A stretch of DNA of 17,139 nt from a candidate division FCPU426 bacterium (GTDB lineage: Bacteria > Oederibacteriota > Muellerivitia > Muellerivitales > Muellerivitaceae): contig CAWKAR010000059.1 in the NCBI GenBank assembly GCA_963847625.1, positions 1-17,139 on the forward strand, written 5' to 3'. Below, one piece after another: positions 1 to 7,843 of the stretch. The position numbers were made by a program, and so were the translations under genes. The notes under the pieces are model-generated. The model did no database searches and was not told the DNA's origin. It was given only the letters and a program-made list of their open reading frames with translations. Each line of letters opens with the position of its first letter. Position 1 is the stretch's first letter.

Positions 1-2
1 TA

Positions 3-1493
3 CAACCCACGGCAACAAGGACGCCCACTCCCACACGCACAAGCACAGCGACGAGGACGTCCACGCACACCTTAACCCCTACTAGTTGCCCGACCAACAC
101 ACCCACGAGTCCGCCCACGAACACCATAACTCCTACTGGCTGCCCGACCAACACATACACCAACACAACCACGAGGACGCCCACGAACACCTTAACACCT
201 ACTGGTTGCCCAACCAATACACACACACACACGCCCACGTCGACGCCCACAAACTCCCCAACCAACACCCTCACGAGCACACCGACTGGGACCTGGTTTT
301 CCCCCACCCCGACCAATACTCCGACAACCACATTTACCCGCACCTATTCCAATACACCGACCATTACCCTCTCACCCACTATTACTTTATCCCCCACTAT
401 TACTTTATCTCCCACCATTACCTTAACCCGCACGATCACTCTTACCCCGGCGCCAACTTTTACTGGGACGTTAACAGCTTCTGATACACCCACTCCCACG
501 CCGTCGAACACGCCCACTTCCACCAGAACCATCACTTCAACAAATACCCCTACCGGAACTTGGCTTACCAACACCCCCACTAACACCCTTTCTCAAACGA
601 ATTCCCCAACAATCACGCCCTCGCCCACAATAACACTCACCCCATCCCCAACCTTTACCCTGACGATAACGATGTCCCCGACCATCACTCCCACGCCCAC
701 GAATACATTCACACCCACGAATACGTTGTCTCCGACGATCACGAATACGCCGACTTTGACGCCAACCTGTAACTCGAGCTGGACGCCTGGGTGCGGCAAC
801 CAACTCACGCTGACTCCCACAATCACTAACTCCCCGACGCCCACGCCCACGATGTCGCCGACCGACACCCCCACCAATACGCCGACGAATACGGCAACAG
901 ATACTCCGACGTACACCCCCCGCGACACACCCACCAGCACTGTCCCTTCAACCCCCACCAATACCCCGACGAATACGCGCACAAACTCGCCCGTTTACAC
1001 GTCAACCACCACCAATACTTCGACCCCGACCGATACGCCCACGCCTACGACAACGCCCACTCCCATACCCACGAATACCCCGACCCGAACGCCAACGAAA
1101 ACCCCGACAACCTCAGCAACCATCACCCCATGCTCTACACCGACAAATACTCCAACCAATACACCCACGCACACGGCCACTGTCACTCTAACAAATACCC
1201 CTACCGGAACTCGGCTTACCAACACCCCGACTAACACTCCGTCACAAACGAATACCCCGACGATCACGAATACTCCAACGATTACGCTCACACCCACAAG
1301 GACACCAACTCTATCCCCTACCTTTACCCCGACAAATACCAACACCCCAACCGATACCTATACGCCACTTCCAACCCCAACCGGTACGTTATCCCCCTCT
1401 GCCACCCCAACCCCGTCCCCAACGACGACGCCCACACCCACACCGACCAACACGCCCACAAGAACAGCCACCGCAACACCAACATCCACCTAA
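3..1493 (+). CDS. Thr/Pro-rich (PT-repeat, mucin-like) protein, C-terminal part; 5' end outside the window
   Basis: Frame 3 is open from position 3 (QPTATRTPTPTRTS...) into the tracked ORF 672..1493 and ends at TAA. About 496 codons, almost all T/P/N/S. The overlapping His-rich and Val/Gly-rich ORFs are shadows of this repeat. Confidence 0.85.
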   Translation, partial: QPTATRTPTPTRTSTATRTSTHTLTPTSCPTNTPTSPPTNTITPTGCPTNTYTNTTTRTPTNTLTPTGCPTNTHTHTPTSTPTNSPTNTLTSTPTGTWFSPTPTNTPTTTFTRTYSNTPTITLSPTITLSPTITLSPTITLTRTITLTPAPTFTGTLTASDTPTPTPSNTPTSTRTITSTNTPTGTWLTNTPTNTLSQTNSPTITPSPTITLTPSPTFTLTITMSPTITPTPTNTFTPTNTLSPTITNTPTLTPTCNSSWTPGCGNQLTLTPTITNSPTPTPTMSPTDTPTNTPTNTATDTPTYTPRDTPTSTVPSTPTNTPTNTRTNSPVYTSTTTNTSTPTDTPTPTTTPTPIPTNTPTRTPTKTPTTSATITPCSTPTNTPTNTPTHTATVTLTNTPTGTRLTNTPTNTPSQTNTPTITNTPTITLTPTRTPTLSPTFTPTNTNTPTDTYTPLPTPTGTLSPSATPTPSPTTTPTPTPTNTPTRTATATPTST

Positions 1494-1596
1494 ACACTTC
1501 CGCTCTAAAAAAAATCAGGCATAAGAGTTTTTAAAACTCCTAACCCCTAACTGCACCTGCCATGAGCCTACAAGGCGAATGGCGAGATTTGGTTGT

Positions 1597-1630
1597 CCCA
1601 ACTGTCAAAAAACAGTTGGGGCTAATTTTT
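1597..1630 (+). terminator. Possible intrinsic terminator
   Basis: Perfect 9-bp stem CCCAACTGT/ACAGTTGGG (1597-1620) with a 6-nt loop, followed by an AT/T-rich run, between convergent genes. Confidence 0.4.
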
Positions 1631-1727
1631 AATTGTTTATGGTGTTTTAGGGCTGTGGTGGGTTTGAAAGCGGATAATTTTTAATTATACATTCTACATT
1701 TTTCATTTTGTTCAGCTATCCGAGTGC

Positions 1728-1807
1728 ATGCCGAACCTCATTTAAGCTTTCAATGAAAGTTCGGTATAGTACCGATTTCCTTAACTGCTTTAGATGTGAA
1801 TCGGCAC
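1728..1807. repeat. Paired-palindrome element, copy 1 (hairpins 1728-1767 and 1769-1807)
   Basis: ATGCCGAAC...GTTCGGTAT, one base (A), then GTACCGATT...AATCGGCAC. Confidence 0.85.
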
Positions 1808-1820
1808 ATCCCCTGAATCC

Positions 1821-1896
1821 GTGCCGATCATCCATAAAAATATAAAGAGATCGGTACTGTACCAACATCCTTATAAGTCTCATGGAATATTGGCAC
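1821..1896. repeat. Paired-palindrome element, copy 2 (hairpins 1821-1857 and 1859-1896)
   Basis: GTGCCGATC...GATCGGTAC, one base (T), then GTACCAACAT...ATATTGGCAC. Reverse complement of copy 3. Confidence 0.9.
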
Positions 1897-1980
1897 GTGG
1901 CAAAACTTTGGTTTTGTGTAGTGTTCCGTAGTATCCCGCCGTTCATTTTCAATTGTCCATTTTCCATTGTTCATTGTTTT

Positions 1981-3039
1981 TTAGGGCTGTGGCGGCCAAT
2001 CGGCACCTGAAGGCGGCGGGGGCAGGTCACCGCTTGGGGTCGGCAAAGAGGGCGACACCGGGGGGGATTGAACGGAATCATCCAGGGTGGGCACGGTACC
2101 GGGGGGTTCCTTCACGACCGGCACAATGCCGACGGTTTCAGGGTCCACGTAATCATCCGGCCGCTTGGTTGCCTGATGAACAATAACTCTCCTGGCCTTG
2201 ACCCTGGCCCTTGGCCTGGCCTTGGCCTTTTTTTTAACCTGGGCCTTTACCCGGGGCCTGGGCACGGGGGTGGGCGCGGGCTCGGGCGTCGCCGTATAAA
2301 CCGGCGGGGCCTCGGTCGGGGTCGGAACCGTGGCCGGCATCAAAACCGCCGTCGGGGTCGGTATTGAAGGAGCCCCCATTGTGCCGCCCGGGTATTCGGA
2401 AAAATACCAGCGCGCCAACCCCCAAATGGCCAAGCCGAACAACAGGAGGAACCCCACGAAAGCCATACTGCCGCCTTTTTTCTCGGGTTCGTCGAACTCG
2501 ATTAACAGTTTTTTCTTCGGCTTCGGGAAGATTTCATAGGCTTCGACCTTGTGGGAGACGTTTTTGAGCACCTGGGGCCCCAGGGGAATGGGGTCGTATT
2601 CCTTCATGTATTTGATTTGGTGGTGAACGTCCTCGGAAATGCACACCCCGCCCGGATGGGCGATGGCCTGGAGCCTCGAGGCGATGTTGACCGCGTCCCC
2701 GAAAATGTCGTTGTCGGCGGTGACCACGTCCCCGATGTGGATGCCGATGCGCACCTGCCGCGTCTCGCTCTTGGTTTGGTTGTACTCCTGGAGGCGCCTT
2801 TGGATGGTGACCGCGCACTTCACCGCGTTGACCGCGCTGGGAAAATCGGCCAGGAAGGCGTCGCCCACGGTTTTGACGACGCTCCCAGCGTGTTTCTCGA
2901 CCTCCAGGTAGATCAGGAGCTTGTGGAATTTCAGGTAGGATAGGGTGGCGGATTCGTCCTGCTCCATCATCTTGCTGTAGCCCACGATATCCGTGAACAT
3001 GACGGCGGAAAGCTTGCGCTGACGGTCCGGTTCGGACAT
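1981..3039 (-). CDS. Class III adenylate/guanylate cyclase with one TM helix and a Pro-rich extracytoplasmic tail
   Basis: Motifs VMFTDIVGYS, VKTVGDAF, RIGIHIGDV and DIFGDAVNIASRL. The Lys and Asp specificity residues suggest ATP. Hydrophobic segment FVGFLLLFGLAIWGL. AAGGGG RBS upstream. Confidence 0.93.
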   Translation of the reverse strand: MSEPDRQRKLSAVMFTDIVGYSKMMEQDESATLSYLKFHKLLIYLEVEKHAGSVVKTVGDAFLADFPSAVNAVKCAVTIQRRLQEYNQTKSETRQVRIGIHIGDVVTADNDIFGDAVNIASRLQAIAHPGGVCISEDVHHQIKYMKEYDPIPLGPQVLKNVSHKVEAYEIFPKPKKKLLIEFDEPEKKGGSMAFVGFLLLFGLAIWGLARWYFSEYPGGTMGAPSIPTPTAVLMPATVPTPTEAPPVYTATPEPAPTPVPRPRVKAQVKKKAKARPRARVKARRVIVHQATKRPDDYVDPETVGIVPVVKEPPGTVPTLDDSVQSPPVSPSLPTPSGDLPPPPSGADWPPQP

Positions 3040-3193
3040 TGAAACCCCTTGGTTTTGCGGAAGAAAGCGGTTTTATTATATAAGCCTGAAAACAGGATAT
3101 GTTAGAAAAGAGAACCGCGGGATAGCCGTTAAAAACCGGATGACAATGAACAAAGGCTTCGAAAATTGTAAACCGAATCTAAGACTTAGCCAC

Positions 3194-3269
3194 GTGCCAA
3201 TATTCCACGAGGCTTATAAGGATATTGGTACAGTACCGATCTCTTTATATTTTTATGGATAATCGGCAC
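3194..3269. repeat. Paired-palindrome element, copy 3 (hairpins 3194-3231 and 3233-3269)
   Basis: 3189..3282 matches the reverse complement of 1807..1901 with 4 substitutions and 1 indel (manual alignment). Confidence 0.9.
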
Positions 3270-3442
3270 GGATTCAGGGATGCATTGGATTGGCCAAAGA
3301 AAAAAGGAATTCAATGAATAATAAAGGACGAAGTGTTTTAAAAAACGCCTAATTTCTAACCCTTTGATTTAATTCCGGGTACTGAATTAATCGAACGGGC
3401 ACGTAATCCTTAATTTTCTTTTCATCATCCGGGGGGGTCTGT

Positions 3443-3547
3443 ATGAAAAAGCTGAACCAAAAAGGCCAAGGGATATGGGAGTATATTTTGCTCGCGCTCT
3501 TGGCCGCGCTTACGGTCATTACTTATTTCGTCTTATTCCGCCATTAA
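3443..3547 (+). CDS. Miniature Flp/type IVb-c prepilin-like protein (34 aa), not in the ORF track
   Basis: Translates as MKKLNQKGQGIWEYILLALLAALTVITYFVLFRH*. G-rich RBS. The class III signal G|Q-x-x-x-E-Y is nearly identical to the leader of 3910..4110. Confidence 0.75.
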   Translation: MKKLNQKGQGIWEYILLALLAALTVITYFVLFRH

Positions 3548-3587
3548 CCCTTATCTTTCAGTCTTTTCCCGTTGCCGTCTTGCCCCT

Positions 3588-3615
3588 TAGACAATTTCCA
3601 TTGCGGAAATATTAT
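3588..3615 (+). promoter_or_regulatory. Candidate sigma70-type promoter for the flp/tad operon
   Basis: TAGACA-N16-TATTAT in AT-rich DNA upstream of 3714. Pattern match only. Confidence 0.25.
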
Positions 3616-3713
3616 TTTTTACTAAATTCAACAACATTAAACGTTTAATATTGCATGATTTATTATGCTTATTTTTGTTGCACGATTTTATAGGCAGTAT
3701 TAAATTTTCCCAC

Positions 3714-3884
3714 ATGGCCCTACGAAAAGTTAAGCATCTCAACTCCACCGGTCAATCAACCGTTGAATACTCTTTAACCCTGGCGGTTGTTTTCTTGGGA
3801 ATGATCGGGGTTACTACGCTCTTCTCGGACCAAGTGAACCGGTACCTATCCTTTCTTTTCGATATGGTCAAGCTTCCGTTTTGA
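3714..3884 (+). CDS. Flp-like pilin or minor pilin (56 aa)
   Basis: MALRKVKHLNSTG|QSTVEYSLTLAVVFLGMIG shows the GQ-x-x-x-EY prepilin motif plus a hydrophobic helix. ATG 3714 is preferred over the tracked TTG 3651. Confidence 0.75.
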   Translation: MALRKVKHLNSTGQSTVEYSLTLAVVFLGMIGVTTLFSDQVNRYLSFLFDMVKLPF

Positions 3885-3909
3885 AAAAATATCTTCCAAG
3901 GAGCATTTT

Positions 3910-4110
3910 ATGAAAAAGATGAATCAAAAAGGCCAGGGGATGACTGAATATATCCTGATCGTGGCCTTAATTGCTGTCGCGGTCATCGCCGCCGTCAAGA
4001 TATTCGGGCACTCCGTCCAAGCCGGATTTGGCAGTGCCTCGACTGCCGTGGGCAGTGCTGTGGGTTCCGGTGTGGCCCAAGGAGCTGGAGGAGCAGCCGC
4101 CGGCCATTGA
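3910..4110 (+). CDS. flp: Flp/Fap major pilin
   Basis: MKKMNQKG|QGMTEYILIVALIAVAVIAAVKIFG is a canonical Flp motif. Strong AAGGAG RBS. Confidence 0.92.
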   Translation: MKKMNQKGQGMTEYILIVALIAVAVIAAVKIFGHSVQAGFGSASTAVGSAVGSGVAQGAGGAAAGH

Positions 4111-4115
4111 CTGGC

Positions 4116-4673
4116 ATGCCTCGCCCGGATCAAAAAGGACAGTCGGCGGTTGAGTTCGTTCTTCTCTCTCCTTTGTTGTTCTTTATTTTTTTCGGCATTA
4201 TTCAGTTCGCCTATTCTGCGTACGTGGCCTTCGCCGTACAAAGGGCCGCGTACGCCATTGCCCGCGAAGCCGCTGCTTGCCCCAATCCAAAAACCTTCAA
4301 TCCCTATTTTCAACTGGTTTATTGCCTAGCTCCCTTGGGTCAATTGAACAACGCAACACTGGCCACCGCCCTGGCGACCAAGTGCGATATATCCGTCGAG
4401 GACGATTCGGTCCAGGTCCGTCTTTTTTACCCCATGCCCATATGGGTTCCAATGGTTGGCAAACTTTTCGGGGAAAAGTTACAGTTAAACCCATCAAACT
4501 TGGGGCCCGTTGATTCCGACTTAAAATCAGCCTTCCAGCTTATTGGAAAACCCCTTCCCGAATTATCACTCCAAAGCTTAACCCTTCCCTACGTTCATTT
4601 CATAGCCTTTTCCGCGACGACCCCGGAAGAGGCCCCTCTTGGTTATCAGGCGGATTCCAATGATCAAACTTAA
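4116..4673 (+). CDS. tadE: TadE-family pseudopilin
   Basis: KGQSAVEFVLLSPLLFFIFFGIIQF...AAYAIAREAA is a TadE-type N-terminus. Start is ATG 4116 or TTG 4107. Confidence 0.85.
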   Translation: MPRPDQKGQSAVEFVLLSPLLFFIFFGIIQFAYSAYVAFAVQRAAYAIAREAAACPNPKTFNPYFQLVYCLAPLGQLNNATLATALATKCDISVEDDSVQVRLFYPMPIWVPMVGKLFGEKLQLNPSNLGPVDSDLKSAFQLIGKPLPELSLQSLTLPYVHFIAFSATTPEEAPLGYQADSNDQT

Positions 4674-5853
4674 CCGCTGGTCCTCCTCGCCCCCAGGCCA
4701 AGTCCTTCTGGCCACTTTAGTTTTTTGCTTCATTTTCCTTGCACTTTTCATCGGCCTTTACAAGGCCGGTCTCCTCTACAACGCCAAGGAAAAGGCAAGC
4801 CGGTCCACCGATTTGACAGCCCTCTCGATGGGGGCTGTCTACGCCAACGGCATCCAATTGGTCCGGCTATCCAACGCCATACTCCTGGGCTTCGCCTTGG
4901 TTGACCTGGCGGTCATCCTCGGGGTGACCCATATCAGCGGGGGCCTGGCCCTGCCTGTTATCGAAGCCGTCGATCCCCACACCCGCAACTTCGTCCAAAT
5001 CGTCCAGAATGTTCTTTTCGGCGTTTCTCTTCCAACCGGCGCTTACCCTTTCCTGATATTTTCCGAGGGACTTTCCTCCGCCAGCAACAACCAATTACGG
5101 AACAATTGGCCGGATCCAGCCAAGCTTTCCTGGAGCGTTCCTTTGCCTCCCTCGCCGGTCTTCCTGTTCAATCTCCAGGGTCCTTATCCGGTGGAAGCCT
5201 TTCTGCCCAACATGGCTCTGAAATTCAGGACACTGGATTTGTTTTTGTTCAAACTGCCCGAGAAATCCAAGAAAGCCAAATACTTCCTAAAGAATAAAAG
5301 GACTGGGGAAACCCGCTATTTCGAGCAACACGAGGTCGAGATTGCTCCCAACTCGAAAAACATAGGCCAAATGAGGGTGAAAAGCGGGGAATTCGAGAAT
5401 AAGTACGTCGGGGTTTTAAGGGAAACGGAGGAAGAAACCGCGAAAGAGGCCCAGAAGCGGGCTAAAAAGGCCGCTGGCAAAAAATTAAAGTCCCTATTCG
5501 CTTATGGCAAAGCGCTGAAACAAATCAAAATGGATGTCACAGACCGGGATACTATTCCCAACCATACGGTGATCGTCTATTCCAGTTTACCAGCCAAAGT
5601 CCGCGGGCCCCAGGGGTCACAGGCCGAAGTCCAAACTTTAAGCGAGGTTTCGGTGGAGGGTCCCGGAATGGCGGGTTGGGACCTATTCTCTCCTCCCTAC
5701 CAATGTAAGCTCCTGCCCAAGGACCCCGCTGAAATCGCAAGGCTGATGAAGGTACAAGGCATGGTTCAAACCTGGGCCGCCCAGGGAAAACTGCCGAAAG
5801 TGAAAGACATGTTCAGCATGGTTCCCGGGGATCACAACCATGAAAACCCATAA
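4660..5853 (+). CDS. TadG-like pilus assembly or tip protein (Tad N-terminal domain)
   Basis: GQVLLATLVFCFIFLALFIGLYKAG...STDLTALSMGA resembles the TadG-type N-terminus (GQ, hydrophobic helix, AxDxAA-like motif). Lies between two TadE genes with overlapping starts and stops. Confidence 0.7.
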   Translation: MIKLNRWSSSPPGQVLLATLVFCFIFLALFIGLYKAGLLYNAKEKASRSTDLTALSMGAVYANGIQLVRLSNAILLGFALVDLAVILGVTHISGGLALPVIEAVDPHTRNFVQIVQNVLFGVSLPTGAYPFLIFSEGLSSASNNQLRNNWPDPAKLSWSVPLPPSPVFLFNLQGPYPVEAFLPNMALKFRTLDLFLFKLPEKSKKAKYFLKNKRTGETRYFEQHEVEIAPNSKNIGQMRVKSGEFENKYVGVLRETEEETAKEAQKRAKKAAGKKLKSLFAYGKALKQIKMDVTDRDTIPNHTVIVYSSLPAKVRGPQGSQAEVQTLSEVSVEGPGMAGWDLFSPPYQCKLLPKDPAEIARLMKVQGMVQTWAAQGKLPKVKDMFSMVPGDHNHENP

Positions 5854-6319
5854 GAAACACAATGGACAAGCGATGACGGAATTTCTCATAGTTATTCCGC
5901 TCCTTTTATTAATGGCCGCGGGAATGGTTCAATTCTATCTGCTGTTGACGGCCCGTTCTTCGTTTGAGCATGCCTGCGGCACAGCCGCCCGTTATTACGC
6001 GGCTGGTGAAATAGATCCAGAGGATTTCGAGGGTGAAGCTTGGGATGATTTGGGGGACGACCAGCGTTTTTTTATCCCAGGTACATTGCATGTCTTTCCC
6101 CTGGCTGGCGCGCCATCTTCCGCTTCCCTCTTCACAAACCGGATGAGTGTTTTCGGCCCCCTTCTTTCCAAGCTCAAGGATTACGCCTTCAATTACACCG
6201 GGCGGAAATGGGTGGTCACCATCCAATACCGAGGGACGCCTTTTTTTGGATACCTGTTCTACAACGGCCTTTGTCTTCAGACCCAATTGGCTGTCTTGCG
6301 TTACCCGGAGGCCCCATGA
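5840..6319 (+). CDS. TadE/TadF-family pseudopilin
   Basis: NGQAMTEFLIVIPLLLLMAAGMVQF...ACGTAARYYA motif. Confidence 0.85.
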   Translation: MKTHKKHNGQAMTEFLIVIPLLLLMAAGMVQFYLLLTARSSFEHACGTAARYYAAGEIDPEDFEGEAWDDLGDDQRFFIPGTLHVFPLAGAPSSASLFTNRMSVFGPLLSKLKDYAFNYTGRKWVVTIQYRGTPFFGYLFYNGLCLQTQLAVLRYPEAP

Positions 6320-7032
6320 AAAAAACCTGGTTTTGGGCCACAATCGTGTTTTGGTTCATCCTGGCTGGCGCATTTGTCGGCCGGGCCTTGATTTTCTCGC
6401 CCGATCGCTTCTCACCTAAAACCATCTGCCAATACGAATCAACGACCAATGGAGTGAAAGAGACAAATCGCGTGTGGGTCAACGAGGGCCGCTTGAAAAG
6501 CCTTCTTCCCATCATCACGAATAAATTCCGTTCCGAGGGATGGACTCCGGAAGGCCGGGAGTTGGATTTGACCCCGCTCTTGCTGGAGCTTTCCGAAGAA
6601 AACCCCTCCCTGGAAGGGCGTCTTGAAATTCACGCCTTCAAGAAAGCCGGCGCCACAAAAGCCCTGGGCTTATTGGAAAACCCGTCCTCGGACACGACCT
6701 ATGGATGGGAAGGAGAGCTTCCCGACAGTGTCTTCAACCCATCTCAGTCCCGCTCCAGCTGGAATTTCCCCTTTACGCCGCCTGAGGACAGCCGGGAACT
6801 TTTCTGCCAAAAACTCATGAATTTTCGGATCGGCCTGATTTATCTGGATCATGATAACGGCCTTTATCAAAGGTTTTCGTCTTTATGTCTCCGGCAAGGT
6901 TTCCGCATACGGCCTTGGAGGGGGGACCCGGAAAGGGAAGTTTTCCTGCTGTCCAAGCCCTCTTTCAAACTTTTGGCCGTTTTGAACCCCCAACCTCTGG
7001 AGGATGTAATTGCTTTGGTCAGTTTGAATTAA
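6316..7032 (+). CDS. Hypothetical membrane-anchored protein in the tad operon
   Basis: ATGA overlap with the upstream stop, GGAGG RBS and N-terminal TM helix (WFWATIVFWFILAGAFVG). No family recognised. Confidence 0.75.
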   Translation: MKKTWFWATIVFWFILAGAFVGRALIFSPDRFSPKTICQYESTTNGVKETNRVWVNEGRLKSLLPIITNKFRSEGWTPEGRELDLTPLLLELSEENPSLEGRLEIHAFKKAGATKALGLLENPSSDTTYGWEGELPDSVFNPSQSRSSWNFPFTPPEDSRELFCQKLMNFRIGLIYLDHDNGLYQRFSSLCLRQGFRIRPWRGDPEREVFLLSKPSFKLLAVLNPQPLEDVIALVSLN

Positions 7033-7053
7033 CACGCTTAGAAAGGAAAAGGT

Positions 7054-7833
7054 ATGAATCGTCGAAACGCTGTGATCGCCTTGTCCGCGGGAATCTTTTT
7101 CGGTGTCCTGGCTTTCATTCTTCTTTATCAAAAAGCTTCCGAGGTGGAAAAAAAGTCCACACCGGTACAGGTCCTGGTGGCATCAGTCTTTATCCCGGCC
7201 GGAAACAATCTAAGGCCCGACATGGTCCAGAAAAAGGATATACCCGAGGGTTTTGTGAGTCCCAGCGCCATCCGCGACATCCGCGAGGTGGAGGGATTCA
7301 TCTCCCTGGTTCCTATTTCAGCCGGCGAGCAGATTCTCTCCAACAAGTTCGGGACTGGTGAGGAATCGCTGGCCCTGGATTTAAACCCAGGCCACCGGGC
7401 TTACACCTTATCCGTGGACGAGACCAGCGGCGTCGGAAACTTGATCCGTCCGGGCAACCATGTGGACATTCTCACCAAAGTTTCGGCCCAAAACCGCGAA
7501 CTGACATCATTTGTCTTTCAAGATTTGAAGGTTTTGGCGGTCGGCCAAAGAATGAACGGCCCTTCCCCGATGAAAAAAAACCAGGAAGGAGGGGCTACCG
7601 CAGCCGAAGGCTCGGACAGTTATGGCACAGTGACACTGGAAGTGACCCCGGAACAAGCCGAGACCCTCATGTTCCTGGAGGGGCAAAATCTCCGTTTGGT
7701 TCTGAGAAACCTGAGCGACGGGGAAATCCTCAACCTGCCCCCGCAAAGCGGACAGGAGATCATCGCCAAGTTAGGCCATTTCACTGCGAAAACCCCGCGA
7801 AGTATTGAAATCATCCGTGGAAATTCAAAATAA
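7054..7833 (+). CDS. cpaB: Flp pilus assembly protein CpaB/RcpC
   Basis: N-terminal TM, SAF domain (VLVASVFIPAG...), and the motifs PGHRAYTLSVD, GVGNLIRPGNHVDIL, DLKVLAVGQ and TVTLEVTPEQAE. Confidence 0.93.
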   Translation: MNRRNAVIALSAGIFFGVLAFILLYQKASEVEKKSTPVQVLVASVFIPAGNNLRPDMVQKKDIPEGFVSPSAIRDIREVEGFISLVPISAGEQILSNKFGTGEESLALDLNPGHRAYTLSVDETSGVGNLIRPGNHVDILTKVSAQNRELTSFVFQDLKVLAVGQRMNGPSPMKKNQEGGATAAEGSDSYGTVTLEVTPEQAETLMFLEGQNLRLVLRNLSDGEILNLPPQSGQEIIAKLGHFTAKTPRSIEIIRGNSK

Positions 7834-7843
7834 GGAGGCTGGC

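Noticed and set aside
86..1345. His-rich (+) and Val/Gly-rich (-) ORFs
   Set aside because: They are alternative-frame and antisense shadows of the Thr/Pro repeat gene.
1728..1896. CRISPR or TIGR array interpretation of the ~38-bp periodic units
   Set aside because: There is no constant repeat with unique spacers. The units are self-complementary and switch orientation, and there are no cas/tas genes or box C/D motifs.
1716..1967. 83-aa minus-strand ORF after the cyclase
   Set aside because: It runs across palindromic repeats and heptamer-like DNA, starts at TTG and has no protein-like features.
3379..3402. GTACTG...GGGCAC as a twelfth palindrome
   Set aside because: Too short and poorly paired. 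At best a degenerate copy.
3651..3695. TTGCAYGATTT direct repeat as a sigma54 promoter
   Set aside because: It lacks the GG-N10-GC spacing. It could be a regulator site, but nothing supports this.
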